64,000 nucleotides of DNA from Anolis carolinensis (Eukaryota), in NCBI RefSeq assembly GCF_035594765.1, contig NC_085842.1, forward strand, positions 103,330,782 to 103,394,781, written 5' to 3'. Position 1 is the stretch's first letter, and every line of letters starts with the position of its first letter. This document shows, one piece after another, positions 1 through 10,634 of this stretch. Made by a program: the position numbers and the translations under genes. Below the pieces are notes generated by a model that saw only the letters and a program-made list of their open reading frames with translations, did no database searches and was not told the DNA's origin.

Positions 1-512
1 AGGTTTACACTTTCAAAAACAGAGTTGCAAACTTTCTAGTTTTTCTTATTATTATTATTATTTCTTTTAAATATATATATTTTAAATACCAAAAAATGCA
101 GAAATTAAAAAAGAAATAAAATAAGAATATTCACAACAAAAAGAAAAAGAAAGACAAAAAAGGACTAAGAAGTAAAAATATGACTTTTTCTCTTTATTTT
201 ATTTTATTTTATTTTATTTACTATATTTATATCCCACTTTGTGTCACTCCAAAGGAGATTTAAAGTGGCTCACAGTACGGCAAAATTCAATACCACATAT
301 ACAAACAGTAAAAAATGCAAGATATCATATACAAAAGCTGAATAAAAACATATAAATACTATAAACTGTTAAAAGCCATAAAACCAAATCTTTTTTAGTA
401 TTTAATTAAGTATGTAATATATTGATACCTTTGTCACAAAAATAAATTGCATTCCTTTCTTCCTCTAATATATGTTTGCTAATCACCAAAAACTAAAATT
501 ACCAAAACATAT

Positions 513-723
513 GGAGCCCCCGGTGATGCAATGGGTTAAACCCTTGTGCCGGCAGGACTGCTGACCAAAAGGTTGGCTGTTCGAATCCAGGGAGTGGGGT
601 GAATTTTCGTCTGTCAGCTCCAGCATCCCATGTGGGGACATGGGCAACATCCTTGCAGATGGCCAATTCTCTCACACCAGAAGCAACTTGCAGTTTTCTC
701 AAGTCACTCCTGACATGAAAAAA
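513..723 (+). mobile_element. tRNA-headed SINE with Vingi-derived body and tail (AnolisSINE2-like), internally deleted
   Basis: A-box-like GGTGATGCAATGG and B-box GTTCGAATC. 3' half matches the copy at 7870-8130 (GGGCAAC.TCCTTGCAGA.GGCCAATTCTCTCAC...CTCCTGACATG-polyA). The segment between GGGGACAT and GGGCAAC is missing. Confidence 0.8.
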
Positions 724-1269
724 CCCCAAATCATATTATTTTTATTTAGCAAAAAGTATGTATGTATTCCAGTGTTTGTACAATATTCCGAATACTCCAG
801 TCAATTTATTAATTTATACACACTGGTACATCTGAGTCTGAGTGCTACATTTTCATGGTCTTCATGTGAGGGATGTTGTTTCAGGGCATGTGTGGGCCAT
901 CTCGAGTTCTCCCTTTGTCCAAGGAGGGTTTTGGCATCCAGATCCTACCCTCTAAATGTCAATCCTGTCATTGAACCTTTCCCTGCTGTGGAGCCTGTAG
1001 CAGAAACATCTATCCATTATGGTTCCTCACCAGAAGCCCTTTCTCTTGGTTTTTCTACAGGTCATTTCAGATGAAATCTAAATCATATGTTCACTGGTTA
1101 GACCTGAGCTTAGCAACTACATGGTTCCATCCATACTATGGAATTCTGTCATTTATGATTTCCTGTTTTTAGTGCCCCACAAAACTAAAAAAAAAAAAAA
1201 GCCAGAATTCCATAGCCTGTTGCCTGTTCAGAATTCCATAGCCTGTTCAAGCAGAATCAGAGTTGTGAA

Positions 1270-1497
1270 GTTAGGTAAATAAAAGAGATTCCACCTAAGT
1301 GTTAGGACAGTAAGAGATGTTTGACAGTGGAATATGCTATCTTGCAATGTGAAGGAGTCTCCTTCTCTGGAGGTCTTTAAAACAAAGCTAGATTACAATC
1401 TGCCTGGAGTGCTTTGATTGTAGGTTCCTGCATGGCAAAGAGTTGAACCGGATGACCCTTGTGGTCTCTTCCAACTCTATGATTTTATGATTCTATG
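1270..1497 (+). mobile_element. CR1 LINE 3' fragment
   Basis: TTCCACCT.A..GTTAGG...CAGTGGAA...GGTCTCTTCCAACTCTATGATT followed by an (ATTCTATG)-type tail; same family as 2490-2860. Confidence 0.75.
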
Positions 1498-2489
1498 GGA
1501 AAAAACCCTCTAGATTTTAATTTTAACAGAAGTGTTTAAAATTTTCCTATTTCAGAAAAGAATTCAATACTTTGTACAGCTCCTGATAAAGTAACAACTA
1601 AAGCCCAGAGCAGAATTTCTGCCCCAGTGACAGTGAGTGTGGAACAACTTAATAGTCAGTGAGTTGAGCCAGTTATAATTGTAGCTGATCTTGATGAAAC
1701 ATTGGTTTAAACATGCCTTATGTGTCCCTGAACTGGAAGTTGTTTCGGTGTAGTCCTTAAAGTGGATGAGCATCACTGTTTCTTCCTAACCTTAACCAAA
1801 TTGCTGAGATGAAGGGGGAATCTCTTATTCTGCTGCATGAATGATGCACAGGCTAATTCTGAGTGATCAAATTAGGTTCCCTCTGTTTGAAGATAAAATA
1901 CCTATTACTGAATTGAAGAAGATACCCTTAGGGTTTTAGTTTTGCCTTTGCTTTATTCCATTAGGCTTATTATAAAGACTTTGTGATTCAGTAACTAAAT
2001 GGCTGTTTCCTACAATAAATTTATTTTAATGATAATAAATGAGTTTGAAATGGCTTTTCACATTACAGCCAGATGAGGAATCACTAGGTAGAGGTAAAAC
2101 TTTATATCAAAGTAAACTGAACCGATGAAATCACAATTTTCAATACCTGAGGCCACTAATTTAAGATCCCAAGCTAATGAATGGCATTTAACACCAGCCT
2201 TTATAAATGAAAAAATATGTCATGACTACAATGATTCTGAATAGTTTACATTAAAATCACTTGGTGGCTGTTAAGAGGAAATTAGTTTGCAATATTCATT
2301 GTCAAGCTTGGTTTAGTTCCTGTCAAATAAGTCCATTAATTTCAGGAGTTGTGCAATGCTTCACATATAGATCTGGAAATTTTTTGGAAAATTGGTTACC
2401 TATCCCACTGTTACTAGTTAATGGGGAGAGAAATTGTGATTGGGTTTCTAAATGTCCCACCACGAGGACATGAAAAAACAGAGAAGCAG

Positions 2490-2860
2490 CTTAAGGAGCT
2501 GAGCTTGTTTAGCTTGCAAAAGAGAACGTTGAGACGTGATTGCCATGTTTAAATATTTAAAAGGCTGTCATAAAAAAGGGAGCAGACTTGTTTTCTGCTG
2601 TCCTGGATATTAGTACTCGCAGCAATGGGTTCAAATTTTGGGAAAGGAGATTTCACCTGAACATTAGGAAAAATTTCCTGACCTGTTCAACAGTGGAACT
2701 CTCCGCCCCAGAGTATAGTAGAAGCTCCTTCATTGGAGGCTTTTAAACAGAGGCTTGATCGCCATCTGTCAGGAGTGGTTTAATTGTGCTTTTCCTGCAT
2801 GACAGGGGGTTGGACTAGATGACCTATGTGGTCTCTTCCAACTCTATGATTCTATGATCC
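2490..2860 (+). mobile_element. CR1 LINE 3' fragment
   Basis: Degraded ORF2 C-terminus (LKELSLFSLQKRTLR..., FHLNIRKNFLT, WNSPP), 3' UTR and CTATGATT tail. Confidence 0.85.
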
Positions 2861-3129
2861 TAGGAAATCTGATGAAGATACTCCCTTTCACAGGTTTTCC
2901 TACACTGTGAAGGTTATGCCTACTCATCCTTCCTCAGACTATATTATACACTCACGTTAATTGCTTATCCTTTAAATTCCACAAGTCTCACGCATGTACC
3001 TTTAAGTTGCCTGTGAGCTTATAATGATTATGTGAATTTTACAGGTTTTTCTTAGGCAATGGGAAAAACCCTCTGCTTTGCTACACAATCAATATTACAT
3101 CATTGAAATAATGTGTAGGATAAAATGGG

Positions 3130-3718
3130 GTTCCTGGTCTCAAAGCGTACTTGTCTTTTATGTGACTCTGTGTGGTAGGACCTGGATGTCCAAGTGTATA
3201 TCCTATTATTTTCATAGTCTGTCTTGTCCCTGTTAAATTTTTTTCAACTTGAAATCCTTAACTTGTGAGTACAGTTCCTTACATTTCCGTTCAATCTCTC
3301 CAAGATGGGTTTGGAGAGACTGCTCCTTATTTATATCCTCCAGAAGGGAGGTTGCTTTCTTTTCAAATTCTTCTGTCAGCGAATTGGTTTTTTGAATGAT
3401 TAATACCATTAAGTCCAGGGAACATTTGTTAAGAATAGCAGCCCAATTTTTCAAAAAAGTGTCATCATCCAGGAACATTCCTGGGGGTTTGTGCAATCTC
3501 AGTCCTCTTGGAATCATGTTGTTTTTAATGTAATCCGATAAAGTGGAAGCATGTAAATCAAGTCTTATAAGTTTCTTTTTGGTTTTCTCACATTCCAATA
3601 ACATATCCTGGGTCTGTGGGGACTGGACTTGGGTATCAGAGTCTAGTATAGATCTATCTTTGGTTAATTTAGTGATAAGTGTTGTTTCAAAGCTTAAAGT
3701 ACCCAGCCAGTCAGCCAT
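3130..3718 (-). pseudogene. N-terminal part of the Penelope-like ORF on the inverted arm, frameshifted
   Basis: ORF 3233-3718 has LSDYIKNNMIPRGLRL...W..ILNKCSLDLM, typical of vertebrate PLE N-termini. Removing one A from the A7 run near 3240 continues it as KKFNRDKTDYENNRIYTWTSRSYHTESHKRQVRF. Confidence 0.8.
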
Positions 3719-3763
3719 ACTGGTATGTCAAGTAAAACTAATATAACACAGAAACCTATATAT

Positions 3764-4195
3764 AGTGTAGAGAAAGGTTGTCCTGTTACACACAGTATAT
3801 AATAGAAACGAAGTAGCAAACGTATAATCACCAAGGCACATATATAAACTATTTTACAGCATTATATAAACTATTTCACAGCATTATAGCAAACATAGCA
3901 TTCATGTTTATATATTGCCAAAATAAAGGAGTTCATGAACTGAGGTTAAAACTCAGTATTCAGTGTTGTCTTGAAGCTTGGTAGAAAAAGCATCTCAATT
4001 GATGATCTTTATAAATGAGGGTTGTACCCTTTAAACAAATTATCAAAGTCCCAAGCAAGAAAGAGTCTTCAGAATGTACATTCAAAGAAAGCAACAGCAA
4101 AAAACAACAAGGGTTCCCGGGGTATTCTATGTCCTTGTTTCAGGATGGGTGTCCCTTCTTCAGGTTTAGTTGCTTCTTGTATAGTCTTCTGAAGA
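3764..4195 (-). repeat. Inverted pseudo-LTR copy (432 bp), pairs with 6727-7158
   Basis: Reverse complement of 6727-7158. Both ends sum to 10922, so no net indel. I saw one substitution, near 4186. Confidence 0.95.
4085..4178 (-). ncRNA. Type I hammerhead ribozyme motif (inverted pseudo-LTR copy)
   Basis: Reverse complement of the motif at 6744-6837. Confidence 0.75.
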
Positions 4196-4295
4196 CCTTA
4201 CCTCGTAGGTCTACAACCTTACCTCGTAGGTCTAACAGGACAAGAACCCGACAACAGTCGCACCATTTTTACAGAGGCCAGCACAAACAATATCC

Positions 4296-6492
4296 AACTT
4301 AGTAGTCAACCTGTCTGGCTATCCTTTATCCCCACAAGAAATTAAGATAATCAATAAAGGACTAAGCTTTGTCCCCACGCCTAAATTCAATTTATTTCAT
4401 ACCAAAGTAGAACTCTTTCATTTGTTTAGAACAATTAGACTTAGAGAATATTTTGGACCCAAGGGTAACACAGAATATACCACTCAATTTAAACCCAAAA
4501 GTAAATTCTTTCCCCATACAGACAATATAATGATTAGATCTTTTGAAAAGGTGGTAGAAAGAGATTTAGACATACTCTCCCGCACAAAAACCCATACACA
4601 TGTCAATATGACTTCAACAGAAATAAACACCATTAAAAGATTGGCTAACATGCCGGATTATATATGGAAACAAGCCGATAAGGGAGGTGCAATTGTGCTA
4701 TTAAACAGAAAAGACTATATAAATGAGGCAATGAGACACCTAGAAGATCAAGCTTTCTACAAACCTCTAAGTAAGGATCCTACAAATAAAATACGTAATT
4801 TAATTCGCATAGTCTGCACAGAAGGACTTTCCATGGGTTATATTTCAGAAAAGCAGTATGATTTTTTACAGAAACAAAATCCTAGGATCCCAGTCTTTTA
4901 TATTCTTCCAAAAATTCACAAAGGGGCTTTTCCTCCTCCAGGAAGACCAATAGTATCAGGTACATCCTCCATACTGGAACCCCTAGCACAATTTTTGGAC
5001 CATCATTTACAACCATTTGTCCCCCTCTCGCCATCATATATTAAAGATACCAAGCATTTCATCAATATCATAGAAACATTATCAATACCTCCACAAGCTG
5101 TACTTATGACATCTGACATCACCTCACTTTATACCAACATACCACTGGATGAAGCCAGAACAGTACTAAAAGAATTATTAGACACACGTGAATCCTCAAT
5201 ACCACCGACCCAATTTCTAATTGATCTTTTGGATATAGTTTTGGATTATAATTATTTTAGATTTGGTTCTCAGTTCTACTTACAAACATTTGGCGTCGCA
5301 ATGGGGAGCGCGTTAGCCCCCTCCCTGGCAAATCTCTATATCACTAATTTGGAACAAATGTGGATCTTGAATAGTACTAAGAACGAATTACTACATGATA
5401 TAATATATTATGGGAGATTCATAGACGACATTTTTTTAGTTTGTAATACAGAGGATACAGCCAGACAACTTAGCACTTGGCTAAATACTATACACAATAA
5501 CATAAAATTTACCAGTACCCACAGCCATATCAGTGTCAATTTTTTGGACGTCACAGTTTACAAAAAGGATAATAAACTGTTGGTCAAGAACTATAGAAAG
5601 CCTACAGACAAAAACTCTATTATGCATTACTCCAGCTTCCACCACCACAAGTTAAAAACCAACTTACCTTTTGCACAATTAATGAGATTAAAACACAACA
5701 CCAGTACACCTGAGGATTTCGTAGCAGAGGTATCTCTCTTCAGAGACCAATTTAACGAGAGAGGTTATCCTACAGGAATTCTAAACACTGCCATTAGGAA
5801 AGTAGAAACCATAGATAGAAGAAATTTACTGAAAGACCAAGTAAAGAAACACAATGACCGTATCATCTGGCCCTTAACTTTGACTCAGTTCACTCCAAAA
5901 ATTCACAAAATACTTAAGAAACATTGGCATCTTATTAGAGATATCCCTGGTTGCAAATACTTACCTATGATAGCTAATAAACGCTCAAGAAATCTTAAGG
6001 ATATGCTAATAAGCTCTGATTTAACAACATCTACTATCAAGAAATCTAACCTTAGAGGCCACTCAAACTGTGGACATTGTCAATGTTGCACACAGTCTCT
6101 CAGAACTAAACATTTTTTTACATCCAACTCTAAAAATCCAAATACTACGAAGTTTTACTACACGTATCACTGACCAGGTCATTTATGTTATACAGTGTCC
6201 CTGTGGACTTCTATATGTAGGCATGACCTCCAGATCATTAAAGATTAGAATACTTGAACACCGCTCACGCATCAAAAATAAATCATCAGAGTCTACCCTC
6301 TACTCTCATTTTTTAGAGAAATCCCACTCATATACCAGCTTTACTTTTTGTGCCTTAGAAAAGATCACCATAAAACCTCATGGTGATGTTAAAAGGGTTC
6401 TACTCCAGAGAGAAGCTTTCTGGATTTCCAAATTACAAACTATGCATCCACATGGTCTGAATGATAAATTAGATCTCTCTTGTTACCTGTGA
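4296..6492 (+). pseudogene. Penelope-like reverse transcriptase + GIY-YIG endonuclease, frameshifted near 6115
   Basis: Frame begins upstream of the listed ORF (NLVVNLSGYPLS...INKGLSFVPTP). RT motifs ADKGGAIV, PPGRPIVS, DITSLYTNIP, GVAMGSALAP, YGRFIDDIF. CGHCQCC linker typical of Neptune. After a T-run frameshift: VIYVIQCPCGLLYVGMT...R..EH...REAFWI..L.T..P.GLN. Confidence 0.93.
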
Positions 6493-6726
6493 ATTAGCTT
6501 TGCAATTAGCTCACAATCCTTAAAAGGGAGTAGCCCATATCAGTCAATTTGCTCGCTCTTGGAAAAAGAAAAAGTTGCTATCCTGAGCTGGAATTACAGC
6601 AGAGCCACTACCTAGAAAAGTGAAAGTAAGTTTTTTTGCAAATATCCTTAAATTTTGTTTCATGCTACTGGGTGCTGGTAACAGCAAATCTATTATATTG
6701 TCTCCTTATAATACAGTTTGTAAAAA

Positions 6727-7158
6727 TCTTCAGAATACTATACAAGAAGCAACTAAACCTGAAGAAGGGACACCCATCCTGAAACAAGGACATAGAATAC
6801 CCCGGGAACCCTTGTTGTTTTTTGCTGTTGCTTTCTTTGAATGTACATTCTGAAGACTCTTTCTTGCTTGGGACTTTGATAATTTGTTTAAAGGGTACAA
6901 CCCTCATTTATAAAGATCATCAATTGAGATGCTTTTTCTACCAAGCTTCAAGACAACACTGAATACTGAGTTTTAACCTCAGTTCATGAACTCCTTTATT
7001 TTGGCAATATATAAACATGAATGCTATGTTTGCTATAATGCTGTGAAATAGTTTATATAATGCTGTAAAATAGTTTATATATGTGCCTTGGTGATTATAC
7101 GTTTGCTACTTCGTTTCTATTATATACTGTGTGTAACAGGACAACCTTTCTCTACACT
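6727..7158 (+). repeat. 3' pseudo-LTR segment duplicated in inverted orientation at 3764-4195
   Basis: Direct sequence comparison; contains the hammerhead and a 22-bp tandem duplication (~7037-7080). Confidence 0.95.
6744..6837 (+). ncRNA. Type I hammerhead ribozyme motif
   Basis: Stem I AAAC(6755-58)/GTTT(6817-20), extendable by AAGAAGCAAC/GTTGC(T)TTCTT. CTGAAGA 6759-65. Stem II AGGG/TCCT. GAAA 6781-84. Stem III CAAGG/CCTTG. GUU triplet, predicted cut after 6816. PLE pseudo-LTRs are known to carry hammerheads. Confidence 0.78.
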
Positions 7159-7869
7159 GTTTTAAAGTATTCCAGACAGATTAAACAGCAACTACAAAGA
7201 GGAACTTATGCTTTGTGGCATAAATAACATATCACAGGTAGAATGGCAAGGAGGAGATCAGGACTCTATCTAAAGTTAGTCAGTGAGCCGAGTGCTTCAG
7301 GTAGCAAAAATGGAGTGTCATGGAAATGTAGTGCCTGAAAGAGAAGTGTAGGAGTGTGATCCTCAGAGCTTCTGGGACTTGTGGAATTATCTTTGTTGGG
7401 ACTCATCTATAATTTATCTACACAAAAATCCAGGGCCGATCTGGAGCACAAATGGTGGAGCTGTTCAAATGGTCCACCCCCAGCCAGCAGCATCTTCAGG
7501 AGCAGAGTCCAGATGGTCCAAAAACGGTTCAGCTCTGCTGTCACCCTTATCTGTCCTGTTGTTTCTATCAATGCAGTGGCTGCCTGCAGAGTTCAAGAGA
7601 GTTTCCAGTCACTTCCAGGTGCCTTTGCTGACATCAGCAAAAAAGGAGGAGGGGGACAAACTCCTTGGTTGCAAGGCTGCCATTGTTTGTGTCAGCAAAG
7701 GCACCCAGCAACAGCCAAGAGCTATCCAATTTTACTTCCACAGTGATGGGAACAACAGGACAAATAAGAGTGACAGTCCATTGGGCCAACGGAATTGTTT
7801 GAACTCCACTCCCACAGCTTCCGCAAGTGAGGAGTGGTGCACATAAACATGTTCATAATCTCTGAAGCA

Positions 7870-8130
7870 GCCCCCAGATGGCGTAGTGGACTAAGTGACT
7901 TGAAGGTTGGGTTGCTGACCTGAAAGCTGCCAGGTTCGAATCCCACCTGGGGAGAGTGTGGATGAGCTCCCTCTATCAGCTCCAGCTCCATGCGGGGACA
8001 TGAGAGAAGCCTCCCACAAGGATGGTAAAAACATCAAAACATCCGGGCATCCCCTGGGCAACGTCCTTGCAGACGGCCAATTCTCTCACTCCAGAAGCAA
8101 CTCCGGTTGCTCCTGACATGGAAAAAAAAA
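7870..8130 (+). mobile_element. tRNA-headed, Vingi-derived SINE (AnolisSINE2-like), full length
   Basis: A box TGGCGTAGTGG, B box GGTTCGAATCC, polyA tail, flanking direct repeat ATCTCTGAAGCA (7858-69 / 8131-42). Body resembles the Vingi 5' end and the tail resembles the Vingi 3' end (TGACA.G.AAA). Confidence 0.88.
7993..8088 (+). ncRNA. HDV-like ribozyme fold inside the SINE (probably inactive)
   Basis: P1 (C)GGGGAC/ATCCCCT; P2 TGAGAGAA/TTCTCTCA; P3 GCC/GGC; L3 TCC.. pairing with GG; P4 CGTC/GACG; GGCCAA with putative catalytic C8077. Confidence 0.7.
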
Positions 8131-8145
8131 ATCTCTGAAGCATAG

Positions 8146-8420
8146 TTTATTTTTATTTATTTACAACATTTATACCCTGCCCTTCTCACCCGACGGGACT
8201 CAGGGCAGCTTACAAAAATTGGCAAAATTTAATGCCCAAATTACAATCATAAAAACAAAACAATATAAACAGATCTGTTAATAACATTGTTAAAACACAT
8301 TATAAAAACCTTAAAAACATATATATAATTAATTCCATTCATCCGAGATCCTCATGCTTCATCCTTAAATCAGGCCATGTCAACTTTGTCATTTACTCAT
8401 CAAAAGCTTGGGCATATAAC
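8146..8420 (-). mobile_element. L2-type 3' tail fragment
   Basis: Minus strand reads GTAAGCTGCCCTGAGTCCC..GGGTGAGAAGGGCAGGGTATAAAT then (TAAA)n. Similar tails at ~195-370 and ~49890-50110. Confidence 0.65.
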
Positions 8421-9056
8421 CATAAGAAAAGAGGATGGTGGCACTGACCTATGTGGAAAGCACACCAGTTAGCTTTGTAGCTAATATGCTGTCCACACTC
8501 AACCCCAACTTGGTCCTGGCCAAGAGCCCACCATTTCATGTAGCACTAGTATACTTACAAAATTATTTCCTATTTCTGTATTCACATCTAGATGGTTTTA
8601 ATCAATGAACTTCCAAAACCTGTGTAGCCTTAACAAAGTGAGGATGATGGCAGGATGCAGTAAGAATATAAGAGTTTAGCATTCACATCTATAATTTGAA
8701 TAATAAAATGACAAAACTCTGTGAGCAGTTCTAGATAAAGTCAAGCTGTTAAATTAATTGAAATGTTAAAGTACTTGGTGCCCCATGGAGTTCATAAAGA
8801 AGAGCCTTTCACAGCATAGGCTCAATTTGACATAGGACTCCTGTTATGTGCAATTTACTGACAGGACCTTGTAAAGGGGTTAGATTCAGCAAAACCTCAG
8901 CTAAAATATTCTTGGAGAAGATTGTTAATCAACATCAGACAAATTCTGTTTCTGGACCACTGCTCCCTGAATTCCTTAGCCAGCATGGTGATAGAAGGAC
9001 TGGAAGCTAGAATAAAAAATAAATTCTATTTAAGAATCCATATATCATAACACATG

Positions 9057-9363
9057 CAGTAGAGTCTCGCTTATCCAAGCTTCTGGATTATCCTAGCCAT
9101 TTTGTAGTCAATTTTTTCAATATATCGTGATATTTTGGTGCTAAATTCGTAAATACAGTAATTACTATGTAGCATTACTGCATATTGAACTACTTTTTCT
9201 GTCAAATTTGTTGTATAACGTGATGTTTTGGTGCTTAATTTGTAAAATAATAACCTAATTTGATGTTTAATAGGCTTTTTCTTAATCCCTTCTTATTATC
9301 CAAAATATTCGCTTATCCAAGCTTCTGCCGGCCCATTTATGTTGGATAAGTGAGACTCTACTG
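9057..9363. mobile_element. Tc1/mariner-type MITE (TIR CAGTAGAGTCTCRCTTATCCAA)
   Basis: Terminal inverted repeats; TA on the right, TG on the left; four complete copies in the window. Confidence 0.88.
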
Positions 9364-10353
9364 TATAAGAATACAGCAAGATGTCTCTAAGACTCATAGG
9401 TAATTAATACATTATGATAATTGGTCTTAGCTGTGTTTTATTCTGATAGAAATAAGCAAGGAAAATGGTACAAATATTTCACATATACTAGGCTTAAGTC
9501 ATAAATATTATTGCAAGGCCATGAGCATGGTCAATACTAAGCATTTATGTGAGTTGAAATTCATCTGGAGAGTCTAAGGGCATATCTACACAGTTACCAT
9601 ATTGCCAAAGTCAGGGAATGCTCTGGAGCTTCCCTGTATTTTGGGGTCATGTAGACAATTGGACTGGTTCTGAGCTTCACCAGGGACAGGGGGTTGACAC
9701 CTATCTTGGTGGTCCTGTTGCTGTTGTCATCTGAACATCATTGAGTGCCATTGCTGATGTCTTTAATAGTGCTTGTGCATGAGCATCCTTAGAAATCTCC
9801 TCCCATGGGTGCCATTGCTGGGATGGAGGTGGGCAGTAAAGCTACTCCTGGGGCTGGTGCACCAGATTGGGGCGTTCCTGCCTGTGTAGGTGCACCCTTA
9901 GGTTATCCTGTTTAACTCAGTGCCTGGCTAATTGCAATTTGAGTGTTCTATGCCTTTCTCCAGAAAGCACTGCATGGAACAAGTGTATTGAATTAGACAC
10001 TCTGAGTCCCTCTGTGAGGGAGAAAGTGTGGGATATAAAACTAAGTAAATAAAATAAATAAATACTGAATACAAATTTAAAAATACATAATCAATTAGGC
10101 ATGGGTGCTGCTTAAGGTCATCTGCCTTTCTGCTTGTCCCCCTCTGGGTCTGCTTTCTTTCATTTATCTTCATTTGCATTCCTGGGCTTCTACCATATTC
10201 ATTTCCATGAACAAAGTTCTTGTTTGAGATTCAAGTTTGCTACTGACTGTCTTCCAAACTCTTCTGGATTTTCTGCTGTGTTTCCTCTATCTCTAATAAT
10301 AAAAACCACAGCTTAGGATATAACTATGTAGATACATGCAATACACACATACC

Positions 10354-10634
10354 CAGGGCCAGATTTAGGACAAATGAGGCCCTGTGCTAGTTAAGTTATG
10401 AGGCCCCTTCCTTGGGCCCAGTAAGCCTACACTGCCTGCTTTGTGGCACGCTCCCATAGATTATACACTCTGTCGTTATGTATGGAATCCATCTAAAACA
10501 GAATACCTTCAAATTTAGAATTGCACCACATAAGCAAAATCCATTGTAAAATTGGCAAGAAGATTCCCCCCCCCCCCCAGCCAACAGGGCCTTGTGGTTA
10601 AGCACACCTAAGCACAATGGTAAATCCAGCACTG
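10354..10634. mobile_element. Degraded hAT-type MITE
   Basis: CAGGGCCAGATTTA...TAAATCCAGCACTG termini; imperfect 8-bp TSD CACATACC/CACACCCC. Confidence 0.5.

Larger units (their letters stand above)
3120..7158 (+). mobile_element. Penelope-like retroelement (Neptune type) with inverted 5' segment
   Basis: RT + GIY-YIG ORF on +, 3' pseudo-LTR, and an inverted pseudo-LTR copy plus N-terminal ORF on -. Left boundary approximate; no TSD found. Confidence 0.9.

Noticed and set aside
2900-2908. CTACACTGT matching 7152-7160 as the Penelope TSD
   Set aside because: About 200 bp from the apparent left boundary and mostly overlapping element sequence on the right; likely chance.
4015-4302. Duplicated MRVVPFKQ ORFs (also 6665-6907) as a small gene pair
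   Set aside because: They are antisense readings of the inverted pseudo-LTR.
7379-7846. 155-aa ORF next to the Penelope element
   Set aside because: No recognisable domain and a non-ATG start; possibly an old TE remnant I cannot assign.
7870-7950. tRNA gene
   Set aside because: A and B boxes belong to a SINE head with polyA and TSD; no full cloverleaf.
8550-8625. Minus-strand exon ending in GTAAGTAT
   Set aside because: Stops in all three frames between the candidate acceptor and donor.
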